A DNA stretch of 46,805 nucleotides. Origin: Minisyncoccota bacterium (lineage in GTDB: Bacteria > Patescibacteriota > Minisyncoccia > Minisyncoccales > Minisyncoccaceae). Positions 1 to 8,520 of the stretch are shown one piece after another (position 1 is the stretch's first letter; every line of letters begins with the position of its first letter). Location of the stretch: assembly GCA_041650235.1 (NCBI GenBank), contig JBAZLP010000001.1, forward strand, positions 1 through 46,805. The letters are read 5' to 3'. The notes below the pieces were generated by a model. The model saw only the letters and a program-made list of their open reading frames with translations. It had not been told where the DNA came from and made no database searches. The position numbers were made by a program, and so were the translations under genes.

Positions 1-348
1 CACTCTCGCGTACAAAACCCTGAGATAATCATATATCTCCGTGATGGTTGCCACGGTCGAACGGGGATTAGAGCTGTGCGCTTTCTGGCTGATCGATATC
101 GCCGGAGACAGACCCTCTATCTCGTCGACGTCCGGTTTCTGCATCCCTCCCAAAAACTGCCTCGCATATGAAGACAATGATTCTATGTATCTCCTCTGCC
201 CCTCGGCAAAAATCGTATCGAAAGCCAGGCTCGACTTACCCGAACCGGACAATCCGGTGAACACGACCATCTTATTGCGGGGAATCTCCAGAGAAACATT
301 CTTCAGATTGTGCTCCCTCGCTCCCTTGATTACTATTTTATCCTGCAT
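1..348 (-). CDS. uvrA: Excinuclease ABC subunit A (UvrA), N-terminal 116 codons only; the gene runs off the left edge
   Basis: Reverse-strand translation from the ATG at 348-346 reads [65 protein letters not shown]... This is the canonical UvrA N-terminus with Walker A GLSGSGKS. It is absent from the ORF track because there is no stop in the window. It starts 1 nt after the uvrB stop. Confidence 0.9.
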   Translation of the reverse strand, partial: MQDKIVIKGAREHNLKNVSLEIPRNKMVVFTGLSGSGKSSLAFDTIFAEGQRRYIESLSSYARQFLGGMQKPDVDEIEGLSPAISISQKAHSSNPRSTVATITEIYDYLRVLYARV

Positions 349-349
349 A

Positions 350-2365
350 TCATTTCTTCTTTATATCCTTCTCTAACTGAACTATCTCATCCCTCAATAT
401 GGCCGCCAGTTCGAACTCCAGCTTCTCGGCCGCTTCCTTCATCTTCTCCTTCTTCTCCTTCAATATCTCTTTCAACGGCCTCGCATCCCCCTTCAGATCC
501 AACTCCAATATCTTCTCCCCGTATCTCCTCGCCTTCAATTTCTTCGTATCCAGCCCGAACTGCTCCAAAATGTTCTTTATATTCTTCTCGATCGTCTTCG
601 GGGTTATCCCGTTCTCCTTGTTGTATTCCACCTGTATCTCCCTCCTTCTTTCCGTCTCCTTGACCGCCCTCTCTATCGACTGGGTGATATTATCGGCGTA
701 CAAGACGACCCGTCCGTTGACGTTCCTCGCCGCCCTGCCGATCGTCTGGATCAAACTAGTCTCGTTCCTCAAGAACCCTTCCTTATCCGCATCTAAAACC
801 GCCACCAAAGAAACCTCGGGAATATCCAATCCTTCCCTCAATAGGTTCACTCCGACGATGACGTCGATCAGTCCCTTCCTCAATTCGGTTATCGTCTCAA
901 TTCTTTCCAAGGTCTTAACGTCGGAATGGAGATACTTGACCTTTATCTTCTTCTTTTCGAGATAATCGGTCAGGTCTTCGGCCATCCTCTTGGTCAAAGT
1001 GGTGACGAGAGTCCTTTCCTTGTTCTTGACCTGCTCTTCTATCCTCTTGATCAAGTCGTCAATCTGGGAATCTCCCTCCTTATCCGTGATGGGACGGATA
1101 ATCACCTCGGGATCTATCAATCCCGTCGGACGGACGATCTGCTCGACTATCTGTCCGCTCTCATTCAATTCTTCCGCTCCGGGAGTGGCCGAAACGTATA
1201 TCTTCTTTCCGGTCAATCTTTCGAATTCGGCGTATTCCAGAGGTCGGTTGTCGTATGCAGACTCCAATCGGAAACCGTAATCGATAAGGGACTTCTTCCT
1301 CGATTTGTCTCCGAAATACATTCCTCCTATCTGGGGGATGGTCACGTGCGATTCGTCTATAACGGTCAAGAAGTCCGGATCGGCCATCCTGAAATAATCG
1401 ATCAGGGTGAAGGGAGGCTCTCCTTTCTTCCTTCCGTCAAAATGCCTCGAATAATTCTCTATGCCCTGGCAGTATCCGATGTTCTCTATCATCTCCAAAT
1501 CGTAATTGATCCTCCTTTTCAATCTCTCATACTCAAGAATCTTCCCTTCCTTCTCGAAGAACTTCAACCTTTCCTCCAATTCCTCCCTTATCCCCTTTAT
1601 CGCCTCCTTCTTAGTCTCTTCATTCAAGACGTAGTGCTTGGCAGCGAAGAGAGCGACCTCGTCGACTTCCCTCAAGACATTCCTCCTGATCGGATCGATG
1701 ACTTCGATCGAATCTATCTTTTCCGAAATCCCTATCTTGTATATGGCTTTCTCGTGGACGGGCATAACTTCCAAAACCTGGCCTCTCAATCTGAAGGTTC
1801 CAAGCAACAAATCTTCGTTCGTCCTCTCGAACTGCAAGTCTATCAGCTTTCTCGCCATCTCCTGGCGGTTGATTTTGTCTCCTTTCTTTATCACGTGCAG
1901 GACTTTCTTGTATTCTTCGGGGGACCCCAAGCCGTAAATGCAGGAAACAGAAGAGACAATTATTACATCTTTCCTAGTCATCAGAGCCTGGGTGCAGGCG
2001 TGCCTCAGCCGGTCTATCTCTTCGTTTATCTGCGCCTCCTTCTCTATATACGTATCAGTGTGAGCCATGTATGTCTCCGGCTGGTAGTAGTCGTAATAGG
2101 AGACGAAATATTCGACGGCGTTGTCCGGGAAGAATTCCCTCATTTCGTTACAAAGCTGGGCCGCCAGGGTCTTGTTATGCGAAATCAGCAGTGTCGGCTT
2201 CTGCACCTTCCCTATGACGTTCGCGATGGTGAACGTCTTACCCGAACCGGTTACCCCGAGAAGGGTCTGCTTCTCCATCCCTTCTTCCAATCCCCGAACA
2301 AGCTTTTCTATCGCCTGGGGCTGGTCTCCTTTCGGTTCAAATTGTCCCTTAAGCTGAAAATCCAT
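350..2365 (-). CDS. uvrB: Excinuclease ABC subunit B (UvrB)
   Basis: ORF 350..2410. Motifs: [18 protein letters not shown], Walker [11 protein letters not shown], helicase motifs ([15 protein letters not shown]) and the C-terminal UVR coiled coil ([11 protein letters not shown]). The start is placed at ATG 2365 (MDFQLKG...), which matches UvrB N-termini. The 15 upstream codons in the track have no support. Confidence 0.95.
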   Translation of the reverse strand: MDFQLKGQFEPKGDQPQAIEKLVRGLEEGMEKQTLLGVTGSGKTFTIANVIGKVQKPTLLISHNKTLAAQLCNEMREFFPDNAVEYFVSYYDYYQPETYMAHTDTYIEKEAQINEEIDRLRHACTQALMTRKDVIIVSSVSCIYGLGSPEEYKKVLHVIKKGDKINRQEMARKLIDLQFERTNEDLLLGTFRLRGQVLEVMPVHEKAIYKIGISEKIDSIEVIDPIRRNVLREVDEVALFAAKHYVLNEETKKEAIKGIREELEERLKFFEKEGKILEYERLKRRINYDLEMIENIGYCQGIENYSRHFDGRKKGEPPFTLIDYFRMADPDFLTVIDESHVTIPQIGGMYFGDKSRKKSLIDYGFRLESAYDNRPLEYAEFERLTGKKIYVSATPGAEELNESGQIVEQIVRPTGLIDPEVIIRPITDKEGDSQIDDLIKRIEEQVKNKERTLVTTLTKRMAEDLTDYLEKKKIKVKYLHSDVKTLERIETITELRKGLIDVIVGVNLLREGLDIPEVSLVAVLDADKEGFLRNETSLIQTIGRAARNVNGRVVLYADNITQSIERAVKETERRREIQVEYNKENGITPKTIEKNIKNILEQFGLDTKKLKARRYGEKILELDLKGDARPLKEILKEKKEKMKEAAEKLEFELAAILRDEIVQLEKDIKKK

Positions 2366-2389
2366 AGCTTTTGACCTATGTGAACCTGT

Positions 2390-2398
2390 ATTATACCA
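2390..2398 (-). promoter_or_regulatory. Extended -10 promoter element (TGGTATAAT) upstream of uvrB
   Basis: The minus strand reads TGGTATAAT 24 nt upstream of the uvrB ATG. It is preceded by a hairpin (AAGTCC...GGACTT) after the pilin gene stop. Confidence 0.4.
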
Positions 2399-2455
2399 TC
2401 CAAGTCCCAAAACAACAAGAGGACTTAACTTAGTATCGCTAAGAAAGGAGATAAG

Positions 2456-3445
2456 TCAGTCCTTGAGGCAACGGACGGAAAACCCGTAAGCTGCCGAAAC
2501 CGTACTGCGGTAAACCGTGGCGTAAGAATAATCCAGATTGCGGTTCCAGCCGGACGCCCCGGAAGCCCAAAAGGTCGTGTACGTGGAACGATTATTGAAC
2601 GAACCGGCGGTGCCCCGGTAGCCGGCTCCGACTGCGGTAAAAAGAGAGGCGTTGGTGCCGATGTTTGCATGATTTGTCCAGTGGGTGGTTCCCGCTTCCT
2701 TGAGTTTCAGCCCGCCATTGGTTCCCCTCCAACTAGTCGTGGAACAGGAGATTGAAGAATCGACATATTGTTCTAGGGTGCACCACTCTGCGTCGGTCGG
2801 AACGTGCCATCCGGAAGGACAGAGGCCGTGAGAACTGTTGACGGCGGATAGCTGGTAAACAAGACCGAGTTTGTTCGATTTGATGTTAGTAAGAGTCTCT
2901 TCGGCAGTGTTCCCGATATTGGGAGGATAGCCGTAGTATCCGCTGTCAGCAGACCAGGTTGCGGCATATGTGATTGGTGTTCCGTCCCTGTACTTGGTTG
3001 TCATGAGGTTCTCGGCCATCCAGGTCTGGTTCCCTATTGTGACGGTAGCGTATTTGTTCCCGTCGATGTCAGTTAAAGCTGAATCAGCCATGATGCCATA
3101 TGTGGTACCGTCAGAGGCATATTTGTAGTATTGTCCGTTCGGATCGAGAGGAAGGGTGGGAAGGTTTTCTGCGATGGCTTGAGCGAGAGTGGAACAAGGA
3201 GAAGAGCCCGAGGGGGCTCCGATGTTGCAGATTGTTGATTGGACAGGATAGGTCATCCCGTTTAAGGTGCTGTATATAGTGATGGCTTTCTTTAGTGCAG
3301 AGATATCATTCTTCCTCCTGGCATCGTTAGCGGAAGAAGTCGCTCCGCTCATGGTGACGATGATGAGGCCGGAGATGATGCCGATTATGGCTATCACGAC
3401 AAGGATTTCGATTAGGGTAAATGCTTTTTGTCCAAGCTTATTCAT
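2456..3445 (-). CDS. Type IV pilin-like protein fused to a FISUMP (Fibrobacter succinogenes major paralogous) domain
   Basis: N-terminal prepilin cleavage/methylation motif QKAFTLIEILVVIAIIGIISG. The C-terminal half has FISUMP hallmarks: TIGNQTWMAENL, GWHVPTDAEW, GGLKLKEAGTTHW, FTAVGAGYR, FWAS and a terminal GFSVRCLKD. Confidence 0.75.
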   Translation of the reverse strand: MNKLGQKAFTLIEILVVIAIIGIISGLIIVTMSGATSSANDARRKNDISALKKAITIYSTLNGMTYPVQSTICNIGAPSGSSPCSTLAQAIAENLPTLPLDPNGQYYKYASDGTTYGIMADSALTDIDGNKYATVTIGNQTWMAENLMTTKYRDGTPITYAATWSADSGYYGYPPNIGNTAEETLTNIKSNKLGLVYQLSAVNSSHGLCPSGWHVPTDAEWCTLEQYVDSSISCSTTSWRGTNGGLKLKEAGTTHWTNHANIGTNASLFTAVGAGYRGTAGSFNNRSTYTTFWASGASGWNRNLDYSYATVYRSTVSAAYGFSVRCLKD

Positions 3446-3662
3446 GCTTCTTCTTTAATATGATTAAATGAAGAATGAGAGCTAGGGTAAAAAATATGGC
3501 TCCTCCGAAACATGGTGTCAGGAAGGGGTTTGTTCCGGCCGAACAGCCGACTGTACAAGATGTTTTATTGGAATAAGCAATCCATTCCATGGCAAAATTA
3601 TACCAGGCGAACAAGGTACCAGCCAACAATACGAAGAACTGCGTTAAGATTATTTTTTTCAT
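3438..3662 (-). CDS. Small 2-TM membrane protein with conserved Cys (function unknown)
   Basis: ORF 3438..3749. The likely start is MKKIILTQFF (ATG 3662). There are two hydrophobic helices and a CTVGCS...PCFGG segment. It overlaps the pilin start by 8 nt, which suggests translational coupling. Confidence 0.45.
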   Translation of the reverse strand: MKKIILTQFFVLLAGTLFAWYNFAMEWIAYSNKTSCTVGCSAGTNPFLTPCFGGAIFFTLALILHLIILKKKHE

Positions 3663-3676
3663 ATGTTTATTGTTTA

Positions 3677-4300
3677 TTATTTTTCTCCATGGGAAATATC
3701 TGTGCCGTCCATCTTCTTGTATAACATCTTCTTCAGCCCAACCCACCAATCAGTGAACCTGGTTTTCTTCATTTCTTCGAATATCTCTTTAGCTGATTCT
3801 GTTTCAAGAGCTTTTCCGACGTTATTTATCCAATCCATAGCCAATTCATTGCCGAGATCATAATACTCCTTTGCACTGAAAGCGGCCTCGAGCCAATCCG
3901 CATCTTTGGCAATCACGCCTTCCTTGGTATTTCTTTCTTCTATTTCGTTAAAATAATTAACAATATTTTTGAATTCTTCCGGGAGATATTTAATTTGATC
4001 GGAAAAAGAACTTTTCTCCGCTTCCCTACTGTCTATATACCTGGCGGCCACCCTGTGCAGATCTCCGATCCTCACTTCTCCATTATCATGGAAAACGAGG
4101 ATTGAAGCGACCCTCTCCGGACTCAAATCAGTTCCGTCCTTCTTATTCTCCAAGACGGTCAAAATATACCCGATCTGGGCAGCCCTCAGGGAATGCTCCG
4201 CGACAGAATCGGGATTATCGACTCCGATAAGCTTGAATCCGTTATGCCTCTCCCTTTTCAGGACTCCTATTTCGAAAATATAATTGACTATGTTTTTCAT
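3677..4300 (-). CDS. HD-domain phosphohydrolase (YfbR-like 5'-nucleotidase family)
   Basis: SVAEHSLRAAQIG...VFHDNGEVRIGDL...AKDADWLE gives the H...HD...D metal-ligand pattern of the HD superfamily. Confidence 0.75.
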   Translation of the reverse strand: MKNIVNYIFEIGVLKRERHNGFKLIGVDNPDSVAEHSLRAAQIGYILTVLENKKDGTDLSPERVASILVFHDNGEVRIGDLHRVAARYIDSREAEKSSFSDQIKYLPEEFKNIVNYFNEIEERNTKEGVIAKDADWLEAAFSAKEYYDLGNELAMDWINNVGKALETESAKEIFEEMKKTRFTDWWVGLKKMLYKKMDGTDISHGEK

Positions 4301-4308
4301 ACGCTTTG

Positions 4309-4317
4309 ATTATATCA
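4309..4317 (-). promoter_or_regulatory. Extended -10 (TGATATAAT) 8 nt upstream of the HD-gene ATG; leaderless-type arrangement
   Basis: The minus strand reads TTTGATATAAT-CAAAGCGT-ATG. There is no SD between the -10 and the start. Confidence 0.45.
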
Positions 4318-4483
4318 AATCCTGGCATTAAATAAAATTGACAAAACAATCGATTCGGATTATCCTCATAAACAGAAAAGGGGTAATCATGAAAATCCCT
4401 ATTGTCTACGGAGAACGGCCTATCATTACGGCCAGGGAGCCATTCGAGCTTCCCAAAAATAGAAAAGTGATCGTCGCAAAAGC

Positions 4484-4504
4484 TGGAGAGGAAAAACCTC
4501 TCCT
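4484..4504 (-). terminator. Hairpin terminator after the DHH gene
   Basis: The minus strand reads GGAGAGG-TTTTT-CCTCTCC followed by AGCTTTTG, immediately after the stop at 4508. The T-tract is weak. Confidence 0.4.
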
Positions 4505-4507
4505 TCG

Positions 4508-5668
4508 TCATTTAAAATACTCTTTCAAGCACCCCTCGAACTTCTCTATATTCTCATTCTTTACCGTGAACCCCGCTGCCGGAGGATGCCCCCCGAACAT
4601 GACGAGCAATTCTTTGCAGCTCTCCATCGCCTTGACCGCATCCATCCCCTTGGGAACCCTCACCGTTCCCCGGCTTATCTCTTCTCCTTTCCTGTACAGG
4701 AAAACGGGTTTGTCGAAATGATTGACCAGGCGGGAAGCCACCGCTCCCAAATGCTCCGCCTCCCAAACATGCGACCCTTCAAAGATTATAGGGGAATCCT
4801 TCACGGAAACCCTCTCCGTCAATTCATCGACGAGATTGGCAACATTCCTCTGCTTATCGCGGCTTTCTTCGAAAAGCTCCTCAGCCGTCTCAACGGCTTT
4901 TTTGAAGTCCGGCTCGGTTAGAAAAAGATACGGTTTAGAAACGTGCCCGCTTATCCCCGAAGAATTCAAAGCGCTGTTAATCTTGGCAATCATGTCCCTC
5001 TTTGACAAAAAATCCATCGGATTCAAAAGAGAAAAAATGGCCCGTATCGCCGGCCTCTGGCTGTATTCAACCTTCTCTAATCCTTCATTGATAATCTCTT
5101 CGTTCTCTCCCGTTTCGGGCATCATATCCGAAATGGTGGCCAGAGCCGCCAGCTCAACAAAGCTGTCTTTGAGCATGTCCGACATTTGATCTCCCAAAAT
5201 CTCCTCGGCTAGACGCAAAGCCAGCCCGGCATTGGCGAAATCCTTGAAAGGATATTCATCCGTTTCCTGCTTCGGATCGACCACGATATCGGCATCGGGA
5301 ATTCCTCCGACCGTCTTGTGATGATCGATGACTACAACGGAAAAACCGCTGTTCTTGGCGTCTTCTATCTCCCTGAAATTGGTGATGCCGCAATCAAGAG
5401 TGACTATCAATCCGTTAGAAACTTTTGATTTGATGAATTTAAGAGCATCCGCATTCAATCCGTATCCTTCCGTCTTCCTCTCCGGAGAAAAACAAAGGAT
5501 TGAAACCTGCTTTTTCAAGATTGAGGCGAGATTGTCTATCGCCTCCTTGGCAATCACTATCGATGCCACCCCGTCCAAGTCCGAATCCCCGTATATCACT
5601 ATCTGTTCGCCGTCCTCGACGGCTTTTTTAATCCTCTCCGCCGCCTTGTCTATATTCTTAATCTTCAT
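4508..5668 (-). CDS. DHH/DHHA1 family phosphoesterase (short RecJ-like)
   Basis: Motifs IVIYGDSDLDGVAS, TLDCG, VVVIDHH and C-terminal GGHPPAAGFTV (DHHA1). Confidence 0.8.
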   Translation of the reverse strand: MKIKNIDKAAERIKKAVEDGEQIVIYGDSDLDGVASIVIAKEAIDNLASILKKQVSILCFSPERKTEGYGLNADALKFIKSKVSNGLIVTLDCGITNFREIEDAKNSGFSVVVIDHHKTVGGIPDADIVVDPKQETDEYPFKDFANAGLALRLAEEILGDQMSDMLKDSFVELAALATISDMMPETGENEEIINEGLEKVEYSQRPAIRAIFSLLNPMDFLSKRDMIAKINSALNSSGISGHVSKPYLFLTEPDFKKAVETAEELFEESRDKQRNVANLVDELTERVSVKDSPIIFEGSHVWEAEHLGAVASRLVNHFDKPVFLYRKGEEISRGTVRVPKGMDAVKAMESCKELLVMFGGHPPAAGFTVKNENIEKFEGCLKEYFK

Positions 5669-6860
5669 TATTTTTCCTCTTACTGTTCTCTTCCAGAGCC
5701 GCTATCCCCGGCAAATCTTTCCCGGCCATGAAATCAAGCATCGCTCCCCCTCCGGTCGAAACGTGGTCGAACTGGTTCTCAATGCCCAGCCTCTGGATTA
5801 TCTGCACGGTCTCGCCTCCTCCGACAACCGAAAGGACCTGGCTGTTGATCTGTCCTATCATCTTGGCTATGTCCACAGTTCCCTTGTCGTATGGCTGCTT
5901 CTCGAACCATCCCAGAGGCCCGTTCCAGATGATTGTCTTGGCTTCGGACAAGACCGACTTGTATTTCTCTATCGTTTCCGGTCCGATATCATATATGGCT
6001 TCCTCTCTCCTCAAGGTTCCGACGGCTCCGGTCCTGCTGTACTCCTCGTCAAAATTGATCAGGCCCATTATTCCGTCTACGGGCAGCTGCAGCTTCGGGC
6101 TGGTCAGGTCTATCTTCTTCGCTAATTCCATCAAGCCCTCTTCTTCTTCGTTAATCGAATCCCTGACACAGATCCCTTTGGCGACCAGAATGGAGTTGGC
6201 CACTTTTCCTCCGAGCAAGACATAGTCCGACTTGTCGAGCAATCTCTCTATCACTTTTACCTTGGTCTCTATCTTTGAACCTCCGATGACCGAAACCAAA
6301 GGCCTTTCCGGAGAAATGAGAGCATTCGACAGAACACGCAGCTCTTCATCCAGAAGCAATCCTGGATATGAAGGAATATATTTGGTTATTCCAACAACAG
6401 AAGCATGGGCACGATGGCAGACGCCGAACCCGTCCTCGACGAAAATGTCTCCGAGACGAGCCAGCTCTCTCGCGAACTTATCGTCATTGGCCTCGTCTCC
6501 GGCATAGAAACGGACGTTCTCCAATACGATGATCTCACCTTCCTTCATGGCATTGATCTCCTTCTCAACCGCTTTGCCGATAGTATCGTTCAAAAACTTA
6601 ACGCTTCCTCCGACCAATTCCCAGACCCTTTTAGCGATGGGCCTCAAAGATGAAGCCGGATCTTTCTTGCCTTTAGGGCGCCCGAAATGGCTCAAGAGTA
6701 TGATCTTCGCTCCGTTATCCCTCAGGTATTGTATAGTCGGGACGATCTTCTGAATCTTATAATCAGCTTCGACATTCCCTTCTTCCCCGATCGGAGCGTT
6801 GAGATCGCACCTGACCAAGACCCTTTTCCCTCTGACATCGGCATTCCTTAAATTATTCAT
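5658..6860 (-). CDS. pgk: Phosphoglycerate kinase
   Basis: KRVLVRCDLNAPI, ILLSHFGRPKG, C-terminal GGGETV and STGGGAMLDF. The 400-aa length is typical. Confidence 0.95.
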   Translation of the reverse strand: MNNLRNADVRGKRVLVRCDLNAPIGEEGNVEADYKIQKIVPTIQYLRDNGAKIILLSHFGRPKGKKDPASSLRPIAKRVWELVGGSVKFLNDTIGKAVEKEINAMKEGEIIVLENVRFYAGDEANDDKFARELARLGDIFVEDGFGVCHRAHASVVGITKYIPSYPGLLLDEELRVLSNALISPERPLVSVIGGSKIETKVKVIERLLDKSDYVLLGGKVANSILVAKGICVRDSINEEEEGLMELAKKIDLTSPKLQLPVDGIMGLINFDEEYSRTGAVGTLRREEAIYDIGPETIEKYKSVLSEAKTIIWNGPLGWFEKQPYDKGTVDIAKMIGQINSQVLSVVGGGETVQIIQRLGIENQFDHVSTGGGAMLDFMAGKDLPGIAALEENSKRKNNED

Positions 6861-6871
6861 GTTTTTGATTG

Positions 6872-7165
6872 TTATTTCAATTTATCGTTTTTCAATATTT
6901 TCCTCGCAATTACGAAAATAACCAGCGCCAAGATGATAAAATTAAGAAGCTCTCCCAAAAAAGAACCGTATCTAATGACAACCGGGCCCAGGTTTAAAAC
7001 CGCGCTCTTCCAGTCTCCTCCCGCAGTCAGAGGAGAAAAAAGAGGCATAATCATGTCTTTTACCAGAGAATTAACCAGGCTGGTGCTGGCCGCCCCCATG
7101 ATGAAGGCGATGGCCAGGGAAAATATATTGTACTCCTTGAGGAAGCTTAAAAAATCTTTAAACAT
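6872..7165 (-). CDS. mscL: Large-conductance mechanosensitive channel
   Basis: 97 aa. The N-terminus is FKDFLSFLKEYNIFSLAIAFIMGAA....LVKDMIMPL, with two TM helices. This is the classic MscL layout. Confidence 0.85.
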   Translation of the reverse strand: MFKDFLSFLKEYNIFSLAIAFIMGAASTSLVNSLVKDMIMPLFSPLTAGGDWKSAVLNLGPVVIRYGSFLGELLNFIILALVIFVIARKILKNDKLK

Positions 7166-7169
7166 ATTT

Positions 7170-8519
7170 TTATTTCTTTTCTATCAAAGGAAACTCCAAA
7201 GTGACCTGCGTCCCGACATTTTCCATCGAATCGATCATGATTGTTCCTTTCATCAATTCGATTATCTGCCTGGTGATCCATAATCCCAATCCGGTTCCGG
7301 TGATATCGGCCGTCTTCTCGGTCTTGACCCGGTAGAACTTCTCGAACAGATGCTCCCTCTGCTTGGCCGTCATCCCGATTCCCGTATCTTTGACTATTAA
7401 AACAAGATTTTTGTCCCTGTTCAAGGCCTTGACTTCCACGCTTCCCGAAGGAGTGTATTTGATAGAATTACCGATGATGTTTATCAACACCTGCTTGAAC
7501 CTGTCCTTGTCGGCGTTAATCAAGGCTTTTCCTTCGATGGAACAGGACAGGGCCAATCCTTTTGCATCTGACTGGACCTTCATCTCCTTGACCGTCTCTT
7601 CGACAACGGGCCAGACATCCATCTCTTTCATTTCCATCTTTAACCTTCCCTGCTCGATCCTCGATACGTTCAAAAGGTCTTCGATAAGATTGCCCAGCCG
7701 TTCGGTCGAAACGTTGATGATCGAGAGATAATCCTTGCTTTCGGCCGGAGTGAGTTTATCCGCATCGTTCTGAAGCATCTCTATGTATCCCCTTATAACC
7801 GTGACCGGGGTCCTGAGTTCGTGCGAAGCCATGGAGATGAACTCATCCTTCATTTTATCCACCTCCTTTATCTTGTTATACAGAATAGAATATTCGAACA
7901 GGCGCGAATTGGCAAGGAGGAGAAGGACGATGAAGATGACCGTCAGCAGAAGCATCCAGTATGAGTTCCCTAGAGCCATGGCCAGCTTTGTGTTGATTAT
8001 ATCCGCCGAAATCGTCATCGACAGAAGAGCCTGCTTCTGTCCCGATGAATCCTTGAGGGGCATCACCACCAGCCAGAAAAGGCGCTTAACACTCCCCTCT
8101 TCTTTGTATATCTTCTGGGCTACGGGAAGATCGCTGTTCCAGGCGGTATAATAGTTGAACAAATTTTCCGTCTTCCCTATGCTCCCCTTATCTTTCATGC
8201 TCGCAACCAGCTTGAACGCGTCTCCTTCCCTCTGGAATACGTCCAATGACTCGGTGTCTTCGTTATATCTTCCCCAATTGTCCACGAACGACTGCATCTG
8301 CTCGACTGAAGAGAACTTGTCCGAAAGGCCGGCGTTGACCGACTGGCCTATCCCCACCGCCTTGTCCTGGAGGGATAAATCGATCGTGTTCTTGAAAGAG
8401 TCGGCAAAAATCCAGGTGTTCAAAATGATCACACCTGGAATCACTATCATCAAGGCAATGGAATAAAAAACCTGCTTGTTATCCTTCAAGAACTGCCATT
8501 TTGAATTCCTTTCTTCCAT
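7170..8519 (-). CDS. Sensor histidine kinase (two TM helices, extracytoplasmic loop, HisKA + HATPase_c)
   Basis: H-box FISMASHELRTPVT, N-box IGNSIKYTP and G-boxes DTGIGM and GTGLGLWI. No response regulator is in the window. Confidence 0.9.
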   Translation of the reverse strand: MEERNSKWQFLKDNKQVFYSIALMIVIPGVIILNTWIFADSFKNTIDLSLQDKAVGIGQSVNAGLSDKFSSVEQMQSFVDNWGRYNEDTESLDVFQREGDAFKLVASMKDKGSIGKTENLFNYYTAWNSDLPVAQKIYKEEGSVKRLFWLVVMPLKDSSGQKQALLSMTISADIINTKLAMALGNSYWMLLLTVIFIVLLLLANSRLFEYSILYNKIKEVDKMKDEFISMASHELRTPVTVIRGYIEMLQNDADKLTPAESKDYLSIINVSTERLGNLIEDLLNVSRIEQGRLKMEMKEMDVWPVVEETVKEMKVQSDAKGLALSCSIEGKALINADKDRFKQVLINIIGNSIKYTPSGSVEVKALNRDKNLVLIVKDTGIGMTAKQREHLFEKFYRVKTEKTADITGTGLGLWITRQIIELMKGTIMIDSMENVGTQVTLEFPLIEKK

Positions 8520-8520
8520 G

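Noticed and set aside
926-2374. 482-aa plus-strand ORF (and several shorter ones from 310 to 2357) antisense to uvrB
   Set aside because: It is the mirror frame of a gene with unambiguous UvrB motifs. The product is low-complexity with no recognisable domain, start context or promoter. It is a typical antisense open frame.
4338-4721. Plus-strand ORF with an apparently good TTGACA-17-TATCCT promoter, a GGGG SD and ATG at 4389 (MKIPIVYGERPIITAREPF...)
   Set aside because: It has no stop until 4721, so two-thirds of it would be antisense to the DHH gene and run through that gene's terminator hairpin. The same intergenic DNA is explained by the minus-strand HD-gene promoter (TGATATAAT at 4309-4317). 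A short antisense or divergent transcript cannot be excluded, but a 111-aa protein is unlikely.
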